Part shown: piece after piece, positions 28,501 to 35,917 of the stretch
Numbering within the stretch: the first letter of the stretch is position 1
Layout of the letters: each line of letters begins with the position of its first letter
From: Deltaproteobacteria bacterium
Lineage (GTDB): Bacteria > Myxococcota_A > Polyangia > Fen-1088
Length of the DNA stretch: 64,000 nucleotides
Assembly: GCA_033763315.1 (NCBI GenBank)
Contig: JANRKS010000005.1
Span: 256,001 to 320,000, forward strand
Reading direction: 5' to 3'
Program-made: the position numbers and the translations under genes
Notes under the pieces: model-generated
Seen by the model: only the letters and a program-made list of their open reading frames with translations
Databases searched by the model: none
Told to the model about the DNA's origin: nothing

Positions 28501-29332
28501 GGCTCAATCGCGCCGCAAGCATGTCGTTGGTCGTGCCCACGAACGGCAGTTGCCCGGTAAGGGCTTCGTAAAGCATGACGCCCACCGCGTACCAGTCAGA
28601 GGCCGTGGTGATAGGAGCGCCACGCGCCTGTTCGGGCGACATGTACGCGGGCGTTCCCGTGAGGGCGCCATCCGCACTTTGATGGGCGTCGGTCACACCC
28701 GTGGCAACCAAGCCAAAATCCAAGATTACAGCGTGGCCATCATGAACCAAAACGTTCGAGGGCTTGAGGTCACGGTGCAAGATCCCAAGCTCGTGCAAGC
28801 CCAAAACCCCCGCGGTCAGCCCGGCCAAGGCGGCGCGCAACCGCGCCTCATCAAAGCCACGCTCCGCCATGGCGGTGGGAAGGCCAGAGTCGAGCGTTTG
28901 CACATGGGGAGCAAGCGCTTCATCGAAAGAAACCGTGACAGGGCGCTCTTCATTGCCTGGTTCCGTCGACGCCAAAGAACGGCTGGTTTCGTCACGTTCC
29001 CTGGGGGAGCGCGAAGTCCAATCATCGAACCGCGTGCCCTCAACAAGGTCCATGGTGAAGCACCAAGCGTCATCACCACAGAACAGCTCGTGCAGCCTCA
29101 CCAAGTGAGGGTGAGCGATGCCCGCCAGAGCTCGAAACTCTTGCTTGAATCGGTAGATGGCTGCCGAATCGCTGCGCGCGAGGTGCTTAAGCGCGAGTCG
29201 TTGTTGGCCCACGTGATCCCATGCAACGTAAACAGCGCCAAATGAGCCTTGCCCCAGTTTGCGTTCGAGCGTGAAACGCTCGGGTATTCCCGGAGGCCGC
29301 GACGGTGAAGAGGAGGTAAGCGGACTCGTCAT
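25532..29332 (-). CDS. Ser/Thr protein kinase fused to STAND-type AAA ATPase and TPR-like domain
   Basis: LGQGSFGAVY, HRDLKPSN, DFG, GTPAYMSPE; FVGR..GSSGYGKT, FIDDVQWGD, GGSPLF; start MTSPL. Confidence 0.92.
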   Translation of the reverse strand: MTSPLTSSSPSRPPGIPERFTLERKLGQGSFGAVYVAWDHVGQQRLALKHLARSDSAAIYRFKQEFRALAGIAHPHLVRLHELFCGDDAWCFTMDLVEGTRFDDWTSRSPRERDETSRSLASTEPGNEERPVTVSFDEALAPHVQTLDSGLPTAMAERGFDEARLRAALAGLTAGVLGLHELGILHRDLKPSNVLVHDGHAVILDFGLVATGVTDAHQSADGALTGTPAYMSPEQARGAPITTASDWYAVGVMLYEALTGQLPFVGTTNDMLAARLSRDPRDPRTLCQGLPNDLCDLTMRLLQRDPTARPSAAEIARALGAKGPTPGALSSVAGTFVGRQEAMAKLREGFLLSRAGQTVVAHVRGSSGYGKTTLVRRFLSALALYEDVVVLEGRCYQRESVPFKAMDDLVDALGRYLRRLRPLEAAGLLPRDVRALVRLFPALGRLEIMRDLPGRPASPDPHELRLRAFGALRETFARLTDTRGLILFIDDVQWGDADSAMLLRNLLAPPDVPPLMLVVGYRGGDAQNDNEMLRVLRSPRESDKAWTNIELDVGPLPPYDASTLALSLLGDVPDAAEHAVTIARESGGSPLFVSELVLALLAGRTSSTDVSLQKVLGARITKLPAEARSTLDCLACSERPLSVPELEAVTKLGTKSLNDSLDRLRDDHLVVSTGTSETVAFELLHDKVRSAITEAMSPTVASQMHFELARALEQGGSSDPETLAHHYRAAGQNARALELTERAADRASQALALDHAVDLYNVCLSLCTSDEGKRRVTRKLAQALSNAGRGVEAGQHLLTLAITSDVATSQSLRREAAEEFLRSGHVAEAMPLFGQVLEQEGLAPPRTAGRALASLLWNRAKLKTRGFKFNPKAEADCDSKDLSRIDSCLTLGLGLAGIDLVRSANYHAQSLLLALQTGERYRVARALSISAILKSLESAEGVAIAQVWAGRAKDIAQASNSNHAIGLASAAQGVVAWGLSDLPNCVHHIDEAIAKIREGGRESFREVGSLEVWFALHSLFLMGDLGKVAERGPACVREAEARGDRYTTSTARAYTMPLLWASRDRVDEGRKESDAAIAVWPADVWYHQHWARLRAQSFLDLYEGAGERALPRLERHRADMKRAMQLRIRTLRFEMNYLTGRALLDEGLQRSSPPSPSQIKAVTTIITNLHTERSGLASAYALGLEAGLSALAKTPPVALAAFDKAATAFDAMKMPMHASAARERMGRLLGGDEGRRLQQEASANLLERGVVRPEGFMNLLVPRLPM

Positions 29333-29426
29333 GTGACGACAGTACCGATCGAGTCCGAAGCGCTGGAGGAACGGAGCATCAAGGGAGGCCGATCTTATCA
29401 CGTATGGATCACGAAACATGAGCCCC

Positions 29427-29470
29427 TGGCACAACGCCCTGTGTGCCAGCCCAAAGGTGGCACAGTGCCA
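29427..29470. promoter_or_regulatory. Putative enhancer sites TGGCAC-N10-GTGCCA and TGGCAC-A-GTGCCA
   Basis: Same half-sites and 13-bp core as 22629-22661. Confidence 0.62.
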
Positions 29471-29525
29471 GACATGCTGTGCAAGGCGCCGAGGGTAACT
29501 ACCTGAAATGACATGGTTCTTCTTC

Positions 29526-29541
29526 TGGCACAGGGTTTGAT
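29526..29541 (+). promoter_or_regulatory. Sigma54-like promoter (variant -12)
   Basis: TGGCAC-AGGGT-TTGAT; GG-N10-GA. Confidence 0.55.
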
Positions 29542-29591
29542 GAGGAGTGTTGTCACTGACCCTCGCAAGACCCTCAACAGGAGAATCGCCC

Positions 29592-31004
29592 ATGTTCCGT
29601 CCGACCGTATCCCTTGCGCTCGCCACGCTTGCAGCCGCTGCCACAGGGTGCTTTGACTCTGCCCTGAGTGAAGGCATCAATGAGCCCCCCATAGGGGGCC
29701 AAGCTCAGTCGCCCCAAACACAGGGCTTACACCAGAACCTCCAGGCCGGCGTCACGCAAACGGATAGCCAGCGCGTCGAGGAAGCCTTTTCGAGCCGCAT
29801 CGGCAACGGCTCCTTCGGAGCTCGCGTCAAACGCGTTGGAGGTCCCGTCACCGTGAGCGTAAATGATCAAAACGTATTTGATCCCGCCAGCGCATTGAAG
29901 GTCGCCCACTATACGCACGCGCTCGGCGAGGACTTCAACAGCCTGGCGGCCCCCGCAGCGTTTTCGTATCCGGTGGATCCGCAAAACCCGAACAGCACAA
30001 CCCCTTGCCCTGACGATGCGTGGCTGGTCAACACCAACACGGTGAACACGTCGATTGCGAACGCCCTGGTGTTGATGATGCAGAATTCCGACAACCGTGT
30101 GACCCGTGCGTTCGAGGATCGATACGATCGCGCGAACATCAATGCGACGATGGCCCAGATGGGAATGTCGCAGTCATCGCTGCACCAGTTCATTGGGTGT
30201 GGGTATGCCAACGGCATCAGAAACCGCACCACTGCACGCGACCTCGCCCTTCTTTACGAAAAGGTTGCTCTGGGAAGCGTTCTTGGGCCTGCGCCTCGGC
30301 AAACCTTCTTCGCTTTGATTTCGCAGGGCCTTCCACAACGGGTTCGCCAGGTGATCCTTGATGAGGCCGCCGATTTGGGAAAGGGCCAAGCGTTTGTCGC
30401 CGACTTCGTCAACAAGACGCGCCTTTACTGGAAAAGCGGCAGCTACAACATTTGCGGGGTCAACTCGTGCAACGGATACGAGTACGTTCGTAGCCAGGCA
30501 GGTTTGATGACGTTGCCCGTAAAGCCTCAATGCAATGCAAATTTGGCGCTGGTGCAAGCCCCCGAAGCGGCATCAAGGCAAATAGCTTACGCTCGATACA
30601 TCACAGGCCTTTACATTCCCTGCACGCCTCAAGGAAGCAACGAAACCCGAGCCGCGGCTGAGGCCCGCTGCCCACAGCTTGCCGTCGCGAACGCCGCTCT
30701 CGACGCGGCTGAATCTGAGATGGTCCGCGGCGAGATTCGCGCTGCTATCAAAACGTGGGACGTCACATGCACGGGAGCTGCGCCTGAACCACCGCGCGGG
30801 CTGCGCTTGCGACCGATCGTCCGAGGCGGAAGAAGCCTTCCGGGCATCGACCCCGACGAGATCGATTTCGCGGGCTCTGACAACCAAGACAACAACGATT
30901 CTCCCCGTGCCCCCGCTCCGGGCATCGATCCCGACGAGATCGATTTCGTGGGCTCTGATCGCCAAGATGAAAGCGGTTCGCCGCGCGCTTCGGTTGCAGA
31001 GTAG
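29592..31004 (+). CDS. Class A beta-lactamase-like serine hydrolase lipoprotein
   Basis: AGGAGA RBS; lipobox ATGC; SALK (29889), SDN (30087), NRTTARD, KSG (30432). Confidence 0.82.
   Translation: MFRPTVSLALATLAAAATGCFDSALSEGINEPPIGGQAQSPQTQGLHQNLQAGVTQTDSQRVEEAFSSRIGNGSFGARVKRVGGPVTVSVNDQNVFDPASALKVAHYTHALGEDFNSLAAPAAFSYPVDPQNPNSTTPCPDDAWLVNTNTVNTSIANALVLMMQNSDNRVTRAFEDRYDRANINATMAQMGMSQSSLHQFIGCGYANGIRNRTTARDLALLYEKVALGSVLGPAPRQTFFALISQGLPQRVRQVILDEAADLGKGQAFVADFVNKTRLYWKSGSYNICGVNSCNGYEYVRSQAGLMTLPVKPQCNANLALVQAPEAASRQIAYARYITGLYIPCTPQGSNETRAAAEARCPQLAVANAALDAAESEMVRGEIRAAIKTWDVTCTGAAPEPPRGLRLRPIVRGGRSLPGIDPDEIDFAGSDNQDNNDSPRAPAPGIDPDEIDFVGSDRQDESGSPRASVAE
30840..30995 (+). repeat. Two tandem 78-bp (26-aa) intragenic repeats PGIDPDEIDFxGSD
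   Basis: Units start at 30840 and 30918; first ~40 nt nearly identical. Confidence 0.9.
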
Positions 31005-31186
31005 CCTGCCACCGCCGTGCCCCCCTGAGCCCTCGACGGGCCGTGTGAGACAGCAACCGTGGGCGCGATGAAAGCCTGCGAACGATTGAGTGCGCTTTCT
31101 GCTCTGCGGTGTGCGGCGCCGCGCCAGCACGGCCCCAGGCTGAAGTTGGGCCACGGGACTTGGGAATGCGAAAAGACGCCGTAGGT

Positions 31187-32536
31187 CTACTTCGCGATGC
31201 CCGGCAAGGCTTCAAACTTGCCGATGTCGTCCGCCGATAAACCGGCGCCCACGTCCACTCCCATATATTTGGCAGCGTGACGAAGCACGCCACCCACGGA
31301 GCCCTTAACGCTGATCGCTTTGCCCGTGGTAGCAAAGGCGTCATCGGCGCCGATCAGGTTCACCACCAAGCCGCTGCCTGTGTTGTGGGGGTCGCTTGAT
31401 TCGCCGTAAGGCGAAAATTCGGTGCAGATATAAACCAACGTGCTGCCGAGCAGCGGTGCGCCCGCCATATCCTTTGTTGCTGCCAAGCGATCAACGAAGT
31501 AACCGATGTCTTTGAAGACTTCCGTTTGCATTTTCGTGACGCGGGTGAGATCGCCCACGGTGCCGTTGCTGAGGTTGTGCACTTCACCGTGGTAACCACC
31601 ATAACCGGGCACCGAGAACGAATCGCCTGAAGCGGTGCCTTGTTGGAAGACCGAAACGCGGCGCGTGCCACTTTGAAACGCGGCCACAATGAGATCCGCC
31701 ATGTAGTTCGAGCGCTGATAAAAATCAGACGTGCCCGCCGCATAACAGCCCTCGCTGGTGCCACCGCCCGTGCTCATGGTGGGTGCGTTTGGCGTGCTTG
31801 CCGCGGCCTTGGCTTGCGTTTGCAAATCGCTGATTGCGTCCAGTTGATCGTCAAGCGTGCTACGCGAAAACGATGGCAACGCCGCCTTGAGGGCTTTGAG
31901 ATCTTCGGCGACCACGTCGAGCACATTCACGTCGCCGGCCATCGTTGCGGGAGAGGGGGCCGAGAGCCCGCCGCCGGCCGTGCAGGTGCCTGCTGTGGCG
32001 CTGCGTCCATAGACGCGTTTGAACGCTTCACCCACGTCATTGGTGGGGGTCACCGCCCCGGTTTGCTTTGGCTCACTCCATGAGATCAACAAGCGCGAGC
32101 CGGAAGAGACCTTTTGTCCCAGAACCAACGGCTCTTGTTTGAGTTGCCGTGCGATCAACCAATCGGCCGAAGGCGAGCGGGGAATATAAAAGCCTCCATC
32201 CTTGTCGGAGCTGCCGCGGCCGGTGAGCACGGCGGTGTTGCCACCTTGATGGCCATACCCCTTTTCAAGCCCCGCGCCGAGTCCGCCCACGATCAACATC
32301 CGTCCTTTGTGCGCCTGCAGCGGCGCCAACACACCGGTCAGCGAGCCGAGCGCGCCTTCGCCAGGCCAATACCCTGAGGTGTTGGGCGTGCCGTGCGGGA
32401 AAAACACGAACGCCACCTTATGCGGCACCGCGTTCGTGGCGGCCAAGCTTTGCAACTGATCAAAGAACGGTGCCAGCAAGGCGCCGGCGCCCGCCACTCG
32501 CAAAAACCGTCGTCGTGTCTTGAGGATGGAATTCAT
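31187..32536 (-). CDS. DUF1552 family protein, Tat-exported (module B)
   Basis: TRRRFLR twin-arginine leader; FVFFPHG, LAPLQAHK, SADWLIA, GYHGEVH; ATGA coupling with upstream gene. Confidence 0.9.
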   Translation of the reverse strand: MNSILKTRRRFLRVAGAGALLAPFFDQLQSLAATNAVPHKVAFVFFPHGTPNTSGYWPGEGALGSLTGVLAPLQAHKGRMLIVGGLGAGLEKGYGHQGGNTAVLTGRGSSDKDGGFYIPRSPSADWLIARQLKQEPLVLGQKVSSGSRLLISWSEPKQTGAVTPTNDVGEAFKRVYGRSATAGTCTAGGGLSAPSPATMAGDVNVLDVVAEDLKALKAALPSFSRSTLDDQLDAISDLQTQAKAAASTPNAPTMSTGGGTSEGCYAAGTSDFYQRSNYMADLIVAAFQSGTRRVSVFQQGTASGDSFSVPGYGGYHGEVHNLSNGTVGDLTRVTKMQTEVFKDIGYFVDRLAATKDMAGAPLLGSTLVYICTEFSPYGESSDPHNTGSGLVVNLIGADDAFATTGKAISVKGSVGGVLRHAAKYMGVDVGAGLSADDIGKFEALPGIAK

Positions 32537-34293
32537 AGTGATGTGCTCCGGGTAACAAACGCATCAGAGGTGACGAGCAACAGCGCCAAGGTTTTCAAGT
32601 CACCTTTCGCCGCCATCCACGCCGCATGAATGTCGTTTACGTGGCACAGGTCGCCTTGCGTTTCGATGCGGCCGCTGACGAAGCGAAAGCCGTTAAGCGC
32701 GAAGCATTCTTGTGCTTGCGACGACTTTGACAACTGGGCCGCCAAGCCCGCTAGATCGGAGAACATCCCGTTTGCATCGCGCGTGTCAACGATCTCACCC
32801 GAAAGCTTCACGGGCGCGCCATTGTCCATCGTGCGGTAGCGGCCTTGTTCATCGAAGGCCTCAAAGGCATAACCCATGGGGTTGAACAAACGATGACAGG
32901 CATTGCACGTGGAGGGTGCCATCGTCTTTTCATAGACGTCCCTGTTGGTCACCACATCGGCGCTGCGTGGCACCGTTTCCTGTTTGATGTTGGGTGGTGG
33001 CGGTGGCACAGGTGAACATAAGAAATTCTCGCGAACCATCACGCCGCGTTTGACGGGTGATGGATGATCCGTGCCGGCGTTTGCAAAATTTACGGCGCCT
33101 AAACTCAAGAGCCCCGCCAAGCCGCTCGGCAACGTGACGTTGGCCATTGTGGCGCCAGTGGCGGTGCCCAAATTGCGGAACTTGGCAGTGTCATTCGCAA
33201 CCGACAAAGACGTGTTGGTGAGCATCTGCGCGAACGTCGCCCCATTCTTTGTCAGGCCGCCGGCATAGTTTTGAAATTCTTCGCTAAGCGTGTTCATCAC
33301 TGTGCCAGCGTTCGCCACATCGTCTGCGCCTTCACGAGAGGCTATGCGAGAAGCGCGGCTTAAATCTGCCAACATGCCAACATAAAACCGCGCGAACCGC
33401 GCGTCGCCCATCATGCGCTCGGCTTGCGCTTTGATGTCGTCGCTCGTGTTCAGCTTGCCTGCGGCCGCCGCTTGCAATAGCTCTGCATCGGGGCCCGTTT
33501 GCCACAAAGTGAAAGCCAACGCCGTGGCCGTTTCGTTCGGCGTAAGACGTGCCACGCCGGTTTTTCCCGCCACCGGCGTGCCCAGTTCGCTGCGGTAAAG
33601 AAAATACGGCGACAACAGCATCGCATTGAGAACCGCCTGCGCGGCCTTCTCACCCGTGCCTCCGCTGGCGCTGATCGTCAGCGTGTAAAGCTTTTGATAA
33701 CGGGCTTGTTCAGCGTCATTCAACTTGCGGCGGAACAACGCGTTCGCCGCAAACTGAACCACCATGGGCGCGCAGGCCGCATCCAGTGTGGCGCACAAAT
33801 TCGCCGTTTTGACGGAAGGCACGGCTGCCGCCGCAATGTCTTTGGCCGCCAATTGCCACGATTCGGCGTCGGCTTTGCGAATCCGCAGCGAGGCGGCGTC
33901 GTTGTTAAACAGCAGGCCAGCTCCGTCGTTAAATGAAGCGAGCTGCGCGGCCGTTAAGTCCACAGCGAGCGCATCCTTTAAAGAGTTGCGAAGTTGATCG
34001 CGCGACAGACGCCACAACCGCGCGGGGCCCCAGGTGCCTTTCGAGCACATTTGCGCCAACGGCGCCGTGGATAAATCGGATAGGACCACGGGTGCGTCCG
34101 CACCGCCGGCCCCCCCGGCGGCTTGCTGGCCGCCTTGCCCGCCGCTGCCGCGACCACCTTCACCGTCGTCCACGGCGTCGGCCGTCACGGCGCCAGAGCA
34201 ACCGGAAGCGGCGATGGCCAACGCCAGAACGTGAGTTCTGGGGAATTTGACGCACGCTCGCTTGTTTGTCCTTGAACGACCTAAGAACCACAT
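32533..34293 (-). CDS. DUF1587/1595/1592/1588/1585 c-type haem lipoprotein (module B)
   Basis: Lipobox ASGC; RLSRDQ, LLSPYFLYRSE, LWQTGPD, SPVKRG..LCSPVPPPPP, CNACH (32893-32907), GYAFEAFDEQGR. Confidence 0.92.
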   Translation of the reverse strand: MWFLGRSRTNKRACVKFPRTHVLALAIAASGCSGAVTADAVDDGEGGRGSGGQGGQQAAGGAGGADAPVVLSDLSTAPLAQMCSKGTWGPARLWRLSRDQLRNSLKDALAVDLTAAQLASFNDGAGLLFNNDAASLRIRKADAESWQLAAKDIAAAAVPSVKTANLCATLDAACAPMVVQFAANALFRRKLNDAEQARYQKLYTLTISASGGTGEKAAQAVLNAMLLSPYFLYRSELGTPVAGKTGVARLTPNETATALAFTLWQTGPDAELLQAAAAGKLNTSDDIKAQAERMMGDARFARFYVGMLADLSRASRIASREGADDVANAGTVMNTLSEEFQNYAGGLTKNGATFAQMLTNTSLSVANDTAKFRNLGTATGATMANVTLPSGLAGLLSLGAVNFANAGTDHPSPVKRGVMVRENFLCSPVPPPPPNIKQETVPRSADVVTNRDVYEKTMAPSTCNACHRLFNPMGYAFEAFDEQGRYRTMDNGAPVKLSGEIVDTRDANGMFSDLAGLAAQLSKSSQAQECFALNGFRFVSGRIETQGDLCHVNDIHAAWMAAKGDLKTLALLLVTSDAFVTRSTSL

Positions 34294-34303
34294 GAGTATG
34301 TTC

Positions 34304-34329
34304 GTGATAGATCTTTCGCTGTTGTTTCA
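34304..34329 (-). promoter_or_regulatory. Putative ECF promoter B, copy 1 (TGAAACAA-N15-CAC)
   Basis: Same motif and spacing as 35248-35273; 10 nt upstream of the DUF1592 ATG. Confidence 0.6.
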
Positions 34330-34359
34330 GACGGGCCACTATTTTTTTTTCGAGCCGCC

Positions 34360-35232
34360 ATGGTGTCGACGTTGTTTGTTTTTTCCGCGTGGCTGTTTCA
34401 CCTTGCCGCGGTGACGGTTGAGGGCAGCACCGTGTGCCCCCCACCGGAGGCGGTGCAGGGGCTTGTGGCCGCGATGCTGGACGGCCAGCCGGTCCCGTCC
34501 ACAGGGGCCCGACGGGCGTCGCTCTCACAAAACAATCGTGGGCTCTTGGTGACTTTGCGAGGCGCAGATGGGGCCGTGCTGGCGGAAAAACAATTTCTTG
34601 CGTCTGCTGGATGCGACGATTTGGCGTCAGCTGCGGCGGTGGTGATCGCTACGTGGTTGGGCGAGCTCGCTGGCGAAACGGACTTAACGCTGCAAGCCTT
34701 GCCACGTGAGCCCGCCCCGCCTGTGGCCGTGGTACGGCCTTGGGAATGGCGGTTGTCGGCCGCGGCGGCGCTCACGCGCGCGGGCAGCTCATTGGCGCCG
34801 GGCTTATGGATAGACGCTTCTGCGGGGCGCGGCGCTCTCTTGCAAGGCGTGGCCGCCGCCTTTGTCGAAGGCGCTCACGAACAGACGCTGGGCATAGGCC
34901 AAGCGGGGTGGCAACGCACTGGCTTAGGTGCGGGGCCGCGGTTGCTGTGGCAGGCGCATCATTTGTGGGTGGGTGGGGATGTGTTGGGACACGTGGCGTG
35001 GTTACGTCTGCGCGGTGAAGGCCAGCCACAAAACGTCAAGGATCAGGCGTTCGACATGGGCGTGACGGCCGCCCTGCGCGTCGGTTGGCAGATGGGGTCG
35101 TGGTCGCCTTTCTTGTCGTTTCTTGGGGGGCGCTCGTTGGTTAGTCGTACCTTAGCGGTAGAACCTGCTGGCGAAGCCCACATGCCGGCCACCCTGCTGG
35201 CCCTGATGGCCGGGTTTTCGTGGCGTCTGTAA
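34360..35232 (+). CDS. Exported protein with C-terminal outer-membrane beta-barrel-like domain (module B)
   Basis: Signal peptide; VCP...GCDDLA..AAVVIA N-domain; amphipathic strands; ends GFSWRL. Confidence 0.65.
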   Translation: MVSTLFVFSAWLFHLAAVTVEGSTVCPPPEAVQGLVAAMLDGQPVPSTGARRASLSQNNRGLLVTLRGADGAVLAEKQFLASAGCDDLASAAAVVIATWLGELAGETDLTLQALPREPAPPVAVVRPWEWRLSAAAALTRAGSSLAPGLWIDASAGRGALLQGVAAAFVEGAHEQTLGIGQAGWQRTGLGAGPRLLWQAHHLWVGGDVLGHVAWLRLRGEGQPQNVKDQAFDMGVTAALRVGWQMGSWSPFLSFLGGRSLVSRTLAVEPAGEAHMPATLLALMAGFSWRL

Positions 35233-35247
35233 TTTTTGTCGGCACAA

Positions 35248-35273
35248 TGAAACAATCTTTGGGGCCGCGACAC
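35248..35273 (+). promoter_or_regulatory. Putative ECF promoter B, copy 2 (TGAAACAA-N15-CAC)
   Basis: 8 nt upstream of ATG 35282 of the ECF gene. Confidence 0.6.
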
Positions 35274-35281
35274 CAGATCCG

Positions 35282-35917
35282 ATGACGGCACCGCGCCGCC
35301 AGGAGATTGTGGTGGTGGCCTTTTGTGAACAGCTTTGTGTGCAGTTAATGGATCGGGATCGCGAGCGGGAGCTTGGCTTGGTGACACAAGGCGATCGCCC
35401 TGCGGGCATCGCGGAGCTTTACCGCGCGCACGGCAAACAAGTGACACGGTGGGCCGCTCGCCTGGCGGGCCCGTCGCTTGAAGTGGACGACATTGTCCAA
35501 GAAGTCTTCCTGGTGGCACATCAACAGCTGGCGACGTTTCGGGGCGACTCACAGTTAAGCACGTGGCTGTTTGGCATCACAGCCAATGTGGTTCGTCACA
35601 GGCGACGAAAAGAGCGCGTGCGGCGTTGGTTAATGGGGCTTGTTTCTGCTGAACCTGTGCCCATGCCTTCGCGCCCCACGCCCGTCGAAGTGTTGCTTCG
35701 CAACGAAGCCTCCGCCACCGTTTACCGCGCGCTGCAAACGCTGCCCGACAAATACCGCACGCCGTTTGTGTTGTTTGAACTGGAAGGTCTTTCGGGGCAG
35801 CAGATCTGCGAGCTCACAGGCATCAACCCAAGCACCTTGCGCGTGCACCTGCTGCGCGCGCGGCAACGTTTCGCCGAGGCCGTGCGCGCCTTGGCGGCAA
35901 AGGAGCCGCAATCATGA
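35282..35917 (+). CDS. ECF sigma factor (module B)
   Basis: DDIVQEVFLVAH, STWLFGIT, FVLFELEGLSG..TLRVHLLRAR; alternative start 35348. Confidence 0.93.
   Translation: MTAPRRQEIVVVAFCEQLCVQLMDRDRERELGLVTQGDRPAGIAELYRAHGKQVTRWAARLAGPSLEVDDIVQEVFLVAHQQLATFRGDSQLSTWLFGITANVVRHRRRKERVRRWLMGLVSAEPVPMPSRPTPVEVLLRNEASATVYRALQTLPDKYRTPFVLFELEGLSGQQICELTGINPSTLRVHLLRARQRFAEAVRALAAKEPQS

Noticed and set aside
25532-29332. STAND kinase as an Avs-like anti-phage system
   Set aside because: The architecture is a common myxobacterial signalling type, coupled to an FHA-EBP, with no defence-island context; a defence role cannot be supported from sequence.
29333-29692. N-terminal extension of the kinase ORF to 29692
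   Set aside because: It overlaps the divergent gene and its promoter and enhancer; the kinase domain begins just after Met at 29332.
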